64,000 bases of DNA, taken from the NCBI RefSeq assembly GCF_009914755.1, contig NC_060934.1. One strand, given 5' to 3'. A program made the translations under genes and the position numbers. This stretch comes from the human T2T-CHM13v2.0 reference genome, Homo sapiens. Each line of letters starts with the position of its first letter. The stretch's first letter is position 1. Below the pieces are notes generated by a model. The model was not told the DNA's origin. It saw nothing but the letters and a program-made list of their open reading frames with translations, and did no database searches. Positions 53,238 to 64,000 of the stretch are shown piece after piece.

Positions 53238-53469
53238 AGACTTCAAGGAGGGCAGGAGTCCATGTGTGAGCTCCTGGTAGTGGGGAACACCCACTGCATG
53301 GAGACAGACTATAGGAAGGATATGGAATAGGGCCTGGGAGCGATCCTAGAGGCCAGAGGCTCACCCACTAGGCTCCAGCTTAGAATTCAGTGGAGCACTG
53401 ACATTGCCTTGGGTTGTGACAGCTATTTAGATACCGTCAGGGCCACAGCTGATGCCTCTCCATGTTCTG

Positions 53470-54795
53470 CCCACTGCCGGCTCCTGATCTCCAGCTCATA
53501 GCTGCCAGCCACTGGTCAGCGGCAAACATCCATGAACACCCCCTTCAAAAATGCCATGCCCAGTTCTACAAGGGCCCTCCACAGGTCACCTCCAGAGTGA
53601 ATTCTGTGAAACCCAATATTCAGCCCCTCCCAGACTCTCAGGACCATGCCTACCATGACCCACATCTTTGTGTCTCTGGCCACTGCTCAAAGGACAAGTT
53701 CTTGGTCCTTTTCCAGGGTTCTCTATTCTCATCGAAGGCATCACTGTTCTCCTGGCATCTCAGGTAAGAATTGTATGCCTTCCTTTCCATGATCCCACAC
53801 ATTCCATCATTCATCATGTTCTGTCCATTCTGCCTACTTAACATTTCTTAACTACTTACTCCTTCCCACCAATACTCTCTTGGCTCAAGCCATCATCAGC
53901 TCTCCCTGGACAGCAGCAATATGCAGTCCCTTGACCACACCCGCTCTACCCTCCCAGCTAGTCTTCACAGGCAGCCAGATGGACTTTAAAAGACTGAATT
54001 TTGGTGGAGAGCAGTAGCTCATGCCTTTGGGAGGCCGAGGTAGGCAAATTGCTTGAGGCCAGGAGCTCAAGACTGGTCTGGGCAACATGGTGAAACCCGG
54101 TCTCTACAAAAAATAGAAAAACTAGCTGGATATTGCAGCGCATGCCTGTAGTCCCAGCTACTAGGGAGGCTGAGGTGGGAGGATCACCTGAGCCCAGAGC
54201 AGTCAAGGCTGCAGTGAGCTGTGATTCCACAAATGCACTCCAGCCTAGGCAACAGAGTGAGACCCTGTCTCAAACAAATGAAAAGCAGAATCTTATCATG
54301 TCATTGTTCTGCCTACAGGCCTTTTCTTCTATGGCATGCCACTGTATTTAGGAATAAAGTCAAGATCCTTATCAGGACACACAACCCCTGTATGGCCTGG
54401 CTTCCTCTGTCTCTCTCCTTCTTGGTCATCAGTACAAAGACCTTCTAGAATCTGAGAAGCTGGACATTTACTTCTGCTCTTCTTTCTCTCTCTACCTCCT
54501 GCCCTCCTTGACTGGGCTCTTCCCTCTGTGTGCACAGCTTAAGAGCTGCTTCATTCTACATTTTCCCTCCCCAGACCAGGCATTGGCCCCATACCTTCCC
54601 CTCCTGAGCACTGAGCAATGCAGTCATCCAGTTACTGTTTTTGTAATGATCTGCTTAGTGTTGGGCTCCTTGACTAAATTCTAAGAGGACAGGAACTTTA
54701 TCTTATTCACTACTCTCCCTCCAGGGTCAATTATACTGTCTGGTATTAAACACATATTTGTGAATAAATAACCAGGTGAAGAAGTGAATGAGCAA
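53470..54795 (+). mobile_element. L2 3' region interrupted by AluJ
   Basis: ccatcatcagctctccctggacagcagcaat..atcttatcatgtca..acatatttgtgaataaata. Confidence 0.65.
54006..54285 (+). mobile_element. AluJ
   Basis: J diagnostics (gaggccaggag, ggatcacctgagccca, gtcaaggctgcagtgagctgtgat, gagaccctgtctc). Confidence 0.92.
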
Positions 54796-54859
54796 GTGAT
54801 TTAACACATCAATAAAGATTAATTAATAAAGATAATTAATATGACAGATGATAATCATT

Positions 54860-54975
54860 AAAGATGGCAGATTAGGCCAATGTTTTCCAACATGACCTCT
54901 GACATCAGAAGAGCTGACAATTGTTGACATGACTTTTATAACTTTTGATCTTGGGAGGCATGAGCAAGCACGTTG
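54860..54975 (+). pseudogene. Second, 116-bp internal SAR1A-derived fragment
   Basis: Translates [37 protein letters not shown] versus SAR1A [38 protein letters not shown]. Aligns ungapped to 55459-55574 (~79% by hand). Confidence 0.92.
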
Positions 54976-55199
54976 TCTTAATTAGCTTTATTAATTATTA
55001 ATGTTTAGTAAAGATAATTATTAATAAGATATTAATAAAGATTCTGATAAAGATCAGTTAATAGTAGAAGGGAAGCTGAGAGCTGGAAACATGAGACTAT
55101 AATTTCTGAGATATGGTTCCATCGACATTTGTTTAGTCACTAATTAGAATCACCAGCCAGTTTAGAACTCCCCATTCCTAAGGGCAGGCTTCAGGGAGG

Positions 55200-55966
55200 G
55201 GGTGTGATGTCCACCTGGTGAGTCACTGTTGGTCCGGGTGCTGCTGGTCTGTGTGCTCTGAGGGAGGGTCCAGGCCATGTGCTGCCTCCAGGGGAGCCCC
55301 TCAGGCTATGGTCAGCATTAATAATGTCTTTCATCTGTGAGTGGATCTACAATGGCTTCTACAGTGTGCTCCAGTTTCTAGGACTCTACAAGAAATCTAG
55401 AAAACTTGTTCTCTTGGGTTGGGACAATGTGGATGAAACCATTCTTCCTCATATGCTCAAAGATGGTGGATTGGGCCAACAGGCTCCAACACGACCTCTG
55501 CCATCAGCAGAGCTGACAACTGCTAGCCTGGCTTTTACGACTTTTGATCTTCTGGGGCATAAGCAAACACGTTGGATTTGGAACAGTGATCTCCCAGCAA
55601 CAAATGGGATTGCCTTTCTGGGTTACTGTGCAGATTGTCCTCAGATCCTGGAATCCAAAGAGGAGCTCAATGCTTTAATGACTGATGAAAGAATATCCCA
55701 TGTGCCAGTCCTTATCTTGATTAGCAAACATTGGACAGAACAGGCACAATCAGTGAAGAAAAACTCTGTCTGCCATTTGGTCTTTATGGACAGACCACAG
55801 GAAAGGGAACTTGTGACCCTGAAGGAGCCAAATGCCTTTTCCAAGGAATCGTTCACGTTCAGTGTGTACAACAACAGGGCTATGGCAAGGGCTTCTGCTG
55901 GTTTGCCCAGTATATTGACTGATGGTTGGGCAGTGAAAATAAAAGTTTAACTTCTTAAAAAAAAAA
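55200..55966 (+). pseudogene. Processed pseudogene of SAR1A (COPII small GTPase); possibly the annotated SAR1AP2
   Basis: Intronless. SAR1A-like 5'UTR (...ggagcccctcaggctatggtcagcattaataATG), ATG at 55324, MSFICEWIYNGFYSVLQFLGLYKKS... P-loop GLDNAGKT has degenerated to GWDNVDET. There are about three frameshifts in the 3' third, the native end ...QYID-TGA at 55922, AATAAA at ~55938 and an A10 tail at 55957-55966. Confidence 0.95.
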
Positions 55967-56959
55967 GATGGTGGGTGGGGAGGGGGTAAACAGTCTAGGC
56001 TTCTTCTGCAAGAGAAGAAGTAAAAGGGAATAGCACTCTACACTCAAAGATTTTAAAAGTCCAATCCCTGGGCATGTCAAGATTGTAAAGGTAAGAACCC
56101 TACAGCAGCTGGATCCCGAAGGACCAGCCTGGCGTGTCTGTTCCAGGTCTTGTGAGCATTGAGATGTTTGGCCATCACCAAGAATTAGAGGTAAAGAGTA
56201 GGCATAACCTGATTTCCATTAATTTAGAAACGCTGAAACAGAACATAATATAATTCGGTAAAATAATTAAGATTGCTGGATCCACAGAGAAATGTTACTG
56301 AGTCATTCAAACCTGATCATCAAAATTAACATGAGCTATAATCTTCCTGCATTGACTGGACACAGATGCTTATTCCATTTTGCAGACAAGGAGGCCAAGG
56401 TGGGCAGATCGCTGGAGGCCATGAAGGAAGTGGAGAGAATATCAGTAACTTGCTGTTGGGAGCAATGCTGCTTTCAAAGCCTGGGCTCCTAACTCCAAAT
56501 CCTGTGTTCCTTTCTGGAAGGTTTTCTCCTTGAATTGTTTCTCACCCCACCCAAGTGACCTTCGACCTCCTGGGAACTCACTTCTGGCTTGGTCCAGGTT
56601 GTCCAGACTCCATCATCCACTCATTTGAGGAGTGCTCATCGATGCCTATGATGAGCCACGCTGTCCTACCCCTGACCGTAAGGATGTCATGGTTGGCGGA
56701 AGAGGAAAGGAAAGAAGCATCCAATGGTGGAAATGAGAATGAAGTGGCAGGTGGCTCTCTGATGTCAGGCTTGCAACGGCGAAGGATGCAGGGTTTTGGC
56801 TGTGCCCCACCCTGTGTAGCAGAAGAATGACCTCCCCTGCCTAGGACCCACCACATATACCCCCACACGCTCAGGTGGCAGTCACCTTTTTAGCAGCCAC
56901 ATTGCCTCAGGGGCTTGAGTATGCAGGTCTCATTCACAAGAACTACTAACAAATTTCCT

Positions 56960-57410
56960 TCTGAACTTGCAACATTTATTTTTTTGTTAACCCAAGCACA
57001 GGATTTTACATTTATCCCCATTAAATCTCATCTTGTTAGTTTTGGCCCATTGATCCGAACTGCTGAAATCTTCATAATCCAGATTTTGCCGTGCCAAGCA
57101 CAGTTATTCCCCCTAGCTCTGCATTGCCAGGAAATGTGATGAGAGCACTTTTTATATCTTCATCGAGATGGTCCATGAAACTGTGGGCCAGGACAAGGCC
57201 ATGCACACAGCCCTAAGGCCACCGGCAGCAACCTCAGTCGCCCTCTTCAACATGGGTTGGGTCAAGGGGAACAATGGCTTGATATCCTCTGGATGGTGAT
57301 TCAGCCAACTAAACCATCTAATGCCATCTCCACACTGGTTACATTTCTCCATTCTGTACCATGATATTCTGAGAGATGATCTAAGATAAATGCCTTTCCA
57401 AATATTTATA
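56960..57410 (-). mobile_element. L3/CR1 LINE reverse-transcriptase fragment
   Basis: Minus-strand 56989-57037 translates NKMRFNGDKCKILCLG, like the CR1 M.FN.DKCK.LHLG motif. Confidence 0.8.
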
Positions 57411-58299
57411 CCCATGTTTAGCCATTTTAAAATGCCCTTTCTGTTATTGTTCTAGAGTGAATACTAATTAAAGTTGCCCTGTAAGAGATGTCTGGAATCG
57501 TTCTAGGCAAAATAAGTCAGTGCTGAAGTTATTCTATCCCAGAGATACCCCAAACATAAATTCAATGGGCTATGGACTTCCCATGGCAAGTGCCTTCAAT
57601 CAGTGATGGGAACAGAACTTGAAGGCATGCTGGGATTGAGAGATGTAAGGAACGTGATCTACTGCCATCACTCTTCATTATCCTAAACTGGAAAAGCTGA
57701 TGCCAAAGCTGGCCAGCCTGTCCAATAAAACATTTTGATCAAAGATACAATTTCACAGAATACCTATGTAAGGGATGGCCTGAGAGTCCACAGGGATCTA
57801 GTAGAAGTATGAAAGTTATCAACCTGGTTTCTACAGGTCCATAGGCAGACAGCAATATTGTGCAAAATGCTTCTCAGGGGCTATACAAATACAGATTTTA
57901 AGTGAACAGCATCCAATCTTTTCATAAATTAGGGATGTTAGAAGGTAAATAAAAGAGATTCCCTGAAAAACTATTTAATAAAAATTCAGCCCTGTGCCAT
58001 GAAGAATCGGTTCACCACAGAAGCATTTTGAGTAGGATTAATTAGATGACTCTCAGCATTAGCTATAGACTTAAGAGACTGGGACCGCTTTAATTTAGGT
58101 TGTGGTTTCTAAGCAGGTTTTTCAATTACAGTAAACTTCTGGATATTTAAAGACCCAATATTCAATGAGTAGATATTTTTTGCTCTTTAAAAGTCACCAG
58201 AGGCCTTCCAGAGGCCTCTCAGAATAACTTTTATCATTTTCTTTTTAGGAATAATAAATACGTTAGCAATCTTCTTTTCAACCATTATCAAGTTTTTAC

Positions 58300-58640
58300 A
58301 ATAGTTTTTTTCCTTCAAAAGAAAATGTTTTTTCCTAATTTTAAAAGTAATATTTTATTTTTGCGAAACATTAATACAATAAAGAAAGTAAATATCCTCT
58401 ATAATCTTCCTACTCAGAGATACATGTCATGTGTATAATTTTAAAATAAAAATTGAATACTATGTAAACTATTTTCATTTTTTAGAAAACAAACACTAGC
58501 AGGAAACAACTATTTTCTAACATGCTAGTTACATTGATTATACCATGAATTTTTTATAATAAAAGTCTCATCATTTTAAATTGTTGTATGGTATCCTGTT
58601 TCATAGCTGATTATTGAATCAGTCTCCTATTGATGTACTT
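58300..58640 (-). mobile_element. Old L1ME-like 3' fragment
   Basis: AT-rich; tcctactcagagatac..ttttaaattgttgtatggtatcc..cagtctcctattgatgtacttttagg. Confidence 0.55.
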
Positions 58641-61420
58641 TTAGGTAAAACATCTTTAAGCACAGGGCTGACTCTGGGGCTGAAGGTGTTGGAGCGGTAT
58701 ACTAACCAGCTTGCCTTCTGATTGGTCAGCTGTTCATCCTGATTGATCAGGCCCTTTATTGTACTCATTGTTAAACATGTAAATGGTCTCTGCTTGTATT
58801 TTTATCTCTGGGTTCTTATAGTTTCACTTGTAAAAACTCTCGGACTTGACTCTATTGGGCCAATGGCTATGCAAATTTAAAATTCTATTATATACTAAAT
58901 GATTGATTGCCTTTGGTGTCTAACAGCATTACATGCTAGTAGTGCACAAGCATTTCACTCTACTTGATTTTTTTTGTTTTTAGTATTCATTGCGTCAAAG
59001 GTATAGTTAATTTGGAATAGGTATGTAACCTTTTGCAAAAAAATTGTTATACTGAAGTATTTTTGGTAATGCATCATTAAAATAGTAATATTGGCATCCT
59101 CTTATTATGAAAATGTTACTTTTCATATAATGGAATTTCTAAAATTGGTACAAGTAATACAATTAAAATTATAGCATATCATAGGAACATATGAAACATT
59201 TTCTATGTATTTTTGAAAATGCAGTCTGACAGTGAGGTTGCAAAGAGAGAAATAAATTAAAAAGATAGTTTTGTTTTCAACTTTTATAATTTTGAGATTA
59301 TCTCATGAAAGACTCAGAATTGAAAGGGAACAAATTAAGTCACCTTTTAAAACGATATTTATACAAATTAGCTACTCTCTAGCAGTCAACGTGTATTATA
59401 GTATCTGCAGTAATGGAAGGTACATCATTTTCAGGGGGAACCATGGACAAGGCTATTAAGTCACATTACAAACTCAGACAACCAGACGGGCTCTAAGAAA
59501 TTATTTATCTATGGAAATGTGTGTCCATTATGAAGCTAAATGAAGTAGCAGGGTATAAAATTGCATACAGACTGTGATATCAACTAAGAAGACAAAAGAA
59601 ACAAAGGCTTATTTATAAGAAAAAAAATCCATCTATATAATTCACCAGAATCTTAAACAGGATTGTGTTTGGTGGTAAAAGTACTTTTTAAAAAATGTTA
59701 GGGTTATTTGTTCCCTTCCCCCCTATAATGTTCAGTTTTCTTCACTGGGTATGTATATTGTTTTCATAGTAAAAACAACTTAAGGTTTTTATGAGGTCGA
59801 TTTTTGCTTCTCTACCTGCAGTCGTAATGCTCCATAAAACATTCAGGATTAGCCTCCCCTCATGCTGTGCACCACGTTTCTTCCAACAGCCTAACAATGG
59901 GAGCAGGTGCAATAAAGAACACTCCTAAATCCAGCTGCCCACCACAACAACCCCATCGAGAAAATGCATCACCACCAGCAGCCTTAGATGCTTTTGATCT
60001 TTCAGGGAATGCCTAGCTTCTTCCATTGAGATATTTTCAAAACCATACCTAAAAATGTACAAAAATGTGTGCCCCTCGATATTCTTATGTAAAGAAATAG
60101 AGTATGAAAATATGTACTTTGCTAAGGGAGACGGATCAAAAGCAATATACAGTTTTCTCTTCAGATTCCTGATTATATAATACATGTGTCTGAATCTCTA
60201 TTTTAAGAGCAAGTCACAAGAAAAGCTAAAAACACCTCATTTCTTGTTTCCAAAGCTTCTGATCTATTTAATGGTGAGCAGTAAGAATGTAAGAAAAAAA
60301 ACACAAAAGAGGCAGGTTGCAGATCCCAGGGAGCAGGTAGTGTGATTTTTGTATACATTTTTATATATTGCAGCATTAGATACCGAACTTTCGGGCTGGC
60401 TGTTGATTGACTGTCTTTCGTCTGTCTTGCTTAAAATGCTCAAATCAAAGCACCAACACAAGTAAATGATCTGAGTTGTTTACAGGGAGATGTTGAGTCA
60501 GGTTCTGGGACTCCACATCCCTGACAGAACTCATCCCAGTGAGGGCCTGCGACCTCTACTCTTGTTTCAGAAAAAATCACCATCCTGCTGATGGGTGAGG
60601 AACAGGAACCAGTACTTTTGGAAGAGAGAAACTGCTATTTTGACCAAGCAGGACTTGGAAAATTGAGTTCTATCTTTACATACAGATTGCTTATTAGAAG
60701 AACTAATAAGCTCTTCTTTTATGGTACTAATGAAATAGAATATTAAGGAGTCCTTTAGATCTGAGGAATCTGTGGGGATAGCCAGGGTGCAAAGAATAAG
60801 AAAACGAGTTGTTTGTCTTACGGTTGGAGGCAGACAAAGTTTTCTGCTAGTAAGGCACACAAAATGTATAATAGTATCCAAGCGGCCCAGAAAAAGCCAT
60901 AATGCCATTTTCTGGAAATTTATATAATTTTTCCACAAAAGGACCAATTTTTAAAAATAAGAAGATGACAGAAATAGTCCAAATCACTGGAGATAAGCTT
61001 TGAAAGATAAAATAAACTCTTGGTATTTCTCAGGGAGAAGATAATTTCTATCAGTTTGAAGCTGTTTCCCCTAATATAGTCCAGGAGTTGTCAAAAGTCA
61101 ACTAATTATGAAACTCTGTTATTTGAACAGTACAGGGATGCTTAAATTAAATCTTTGAACAACCAGGCACTGAAAAAATAAAACATCAGAACTATGAAAA
61201 AATAGTGTTGAGTTATAAAGTTCCTTAATAGAGTGATAAAATTCTTTATTTTTCCATTAGATAATTTTTTAAAGTTAATTCTCACCTCAAATCCAAATTT
61301 GGATTACAAATCCATGCATTTCGTTCTTTGTTTCTAAACCCCAACATAAATCACAGAGCACTTTTCTGTCCATGGTGTCTTAACTTTCTCCTATCATGCA
61401 ATAAACAAGAATTAACTTAC

Positions 61421-61494
61421 TCATTTCTTTCCAGATTTATGATCAGTTCTTTGCTTTCCCGTTGTAGTCGAATATTCAGCACTTCTGGATGATT
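61421..61494 (-). CDS. ADAM12: ADAM12 internal coding exon (pro-domain; 74 bp, probably exon 3)
   Basis: Minus strand reads ...caactgacttttgttgtttatctttcag|AATCATCCAGAAGTG...GAAAGAAATGA|gtaagt: CTGAC branch point, pyrimidine tract, AG acceptor and consensus GTAAGT donor. It translates as NHPEVLNIRLQRESKELIINLERN+GA, which I recognise as the human ADAM12 pro-domain. This frame is absent from the ORF track. Confidence 0.96.
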
Positions 61495-61679
61495 CTGAAA
61501 GATAAACAACAAAAGTCAGTTGAAAAACGCTTGGCTTTGATTTGCAAATAGCTGAATAAGACCCACAGGCGTAGTCAAATGAGGGAATAAACGATGCGGT
61601 CAACCTAAGAAAGAGCCAAATGCCATCACAATGCAGTGTATAAATGAAGGTTTCTTAGCAGCTTAAAAAGAGCAGTGAA

Positions 61680-61953
61680 GGCCAGGCACCAGAGGATTGC
61701 TTGAGTCCAGGAGTTTGAGACCAGCCTAGGTGGGCAACACAGTGAGACCCTATCTCTACAAAAAGTAAAAATAAAAAAAATCAGAATATTAGCCAGGGGT
61801 GGTAGTTTGTGCCTGTGGTCCTAGCTACTTGGGTGGCTGAGGCGAGAGATCACTTGAGCCTAGGAGTTCGAGGCTGCAGTGAGCTATGGTCACGCCACTG
61901 CACTCCAGCCTGGGTGGCAGAGTGAGACTCTGTCTCAAAAAAAAAGAAAACAA
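61680..61953 (+). mobile_element. AluJ with deletion in left monomer
   Basis: ggccaggcac..ggattgcttgagtccaggagtttgagaccagcct..ggctgcagtgagctatggtc. Confidence 0.92.
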
Positions 61954-62360
<407 letters not shown>

Positions 62361-62867
62361 TCAGTCTTGCTGAGACATGATCACCACCACACTCAATTAG
62401 TGCTTCCTTCAGTTACGCTGACTTCGTCTGCCTTTGCTTTGTCAGTTATTTCGGTACTAGGCTTGTATGAACGCATGAGAATGAGAAGTTTATACATACT
62501 TTTCTAATATTTCATATTTGAAAGTCAGTCTTATAACTCCAGAGCTCGAAAGATCTTTTCACAATATATATAATGTTTCAGCTATACCATGACTTAACTA
62601 ACCACATGCCACTACACTTTAAGATGAAATGGATTGTGGGTTCCAAATGTCCAACATGAAAATAATTAGTTAAAGTAAAACAGAATTTAAAGAAAACCCA
62701 TAACAACTGAAGGTCACATGAGTTTTGGGAAAAAAAAATGAGTTAAGGCAAAACATGCCTTAACTAAGGCCATATAACTGGGGTAGAGTCACAAAGGCTG
62801 AAACATTATTTGCTTTATTTTTAGGGCAGCCCTTTGCATATCTTCTTCTAGTCTTTCTGTGTCTCTC

Positions 62868-63056
62868 ATGGTAGCCATTAGCCGCATATGGCTATTTAAG
62901 TTAATTAAAATGAAATGAAATTTAAAAATTAGTTCACCAGTCATACTGGACACATTGCCAGACTCAATAACTTGGTGTGACAGGTGGCTACCACTGTGGG
63001 ACAGCACAGATATAGAGCATTTCTATCATCATGGAATGTTCTATTGGACAGCTCTG
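62868..63056 (-). mobile_element. MER3 (hAT-Charlie)
   Basis: gtagccattagccgcatatggctatttaa..atttctatcatcatggaatgttctattggacagctctg. Confidence 0.88.
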
Positions 63057-64000
63057 AGTCAGTGATAAAGACCTAAAACTTACATCATCCAATTGCCACC
63101 TGAGAATTAGATTATTTTAAATATCAGGGCCTTCAGGAGGTAAAATTAGGTACAAACTCAAGGGTTTTTTCCTTATGAGCTTCAAGGAGGTTCTTTCTCA
63201 ATTTTCACTGATGGATGATATTACTTTAAATAGTTATTTAAACTTGAGAGTTAAATTGGTGAATTTCCAGATATATGAAATTCTTACGTATCTTTTCTGG
63301 GTTTACACAGGCCTTGTTTTTGATGGATTTACTCTAGCAAAAGAGTACAAAAACATACCAAATTTATATATTTTGATACTGTCTGGTGTTTATAAGAACT
63401 GTGTGCATTTCTGAGTGTTACTCGACTTTGAAAATTAATCTATTGGATCCTACATGCCAAGAAACATGCACCATTTCTTTGTAGTGTAGTGTGTCAAAGT
63501 GTTCTTATGCCCTTACAGGTATTTGCTTTCGAGTCCATCACAGGGACTCCTGCATATTTGCCTATACTTGCTGACACCCGGGTTGAACTACAAACACTTC
63601 CATAATGTTCTCTTCAGGGTTTGTAATATGTACCCATTAATTATATGTGTGAAGAACAAGATTATTAATTATATTTACAATAAAATATTAGAACAAAATA
63701 TGTCTCAATATTCTGTCAAAATGTGCCCAAACACACCATATGTATGTATACATGTGTGTATAACTACATGTTTCATATGTATGTATATATAAGTAACTTA
63801 GTTACTTTAGTTACAAATAGTGTTTGCCTAAGATATCAATGCACAGATCACATACCTTAAATGGAAATCCTGACAATTCTATATGTGAATAAAAATATAT
63901 TATTTGCAATATCCCTTTTCCCCCAAAGAATTGAGGTAGTTTAAGCATTAACATTTGTAGTAATTCCACATAAAGTACTAGAAGTGTTAGGAGAGTCCAA

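Noticed and set aside
55279-55950. Functional SAR1 paralogue
   Set aside because: P-loop lysine lost, frameshifts, intronless with poly(A): a processed pseudogene.
54858-55975. aaagatgg as a TSD around fragment plus pseudogene
   Set aside because: The left copy is itself SAR1A coding sequence and the match is only ~8 bp, so no reliable TSD was identified.
61421-61603. 60-aa ORF MTASFIPSF... in the track
   Set aside because: Wrong frame; the real ADAM12 frame is set by the splice sites.

Overview
Human/primate genomic DNA lying wholly within the minus-strand gene ADAM12. The only real coding sequence I can support is one 74-bp exon at 61421-61494 (NHPEVLNIRLQRESKELIINLERN(E), ADAM12 pro-domain; exon 3 by my recollection of the gene structure). 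Everything else is intron: 1-61420 lies downstream of the exon and 61495-64000 upstream. The intron holds an old processed SAR1A pseudogene (about 55200-55966, + strand, antisense to ADAM12) and ordinary mammalian repeats: 8 Alus, L1/L2/L3 fragments, MIRs, MLT1D, MLT2B, MSTA and MER41A LTRs, MER DNA transposons and simple repeats. Nearly all ORFs in the supplied track are spurious. There are no prokaryotic-type systems and I cannot claim a new biological system. The most unusual observations are: (i) a second 116-bp internal SAR1A fragment 599 bp upstream of the matching pseudogene segment, bracketed by a 19/20 AT-rich inverted repeat; (ii) two more ~100-bp non-tandem local duplications within the same 13 kb; (iii) a 1.6-kb GGAT array with a ~700-770-bp higher-order repeat, nested in an MLT2B LTR that is itself inserted in a MIR; (iv) a 16-bp minisatellite of ETS-core motifs; (v) a CpG-rich patch; (vi) candidate cryptic ADAM12 splice acceptors. 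Repeat subfamily names come from remembered consensus sequences, and the boundaries of old repeats are approximate.
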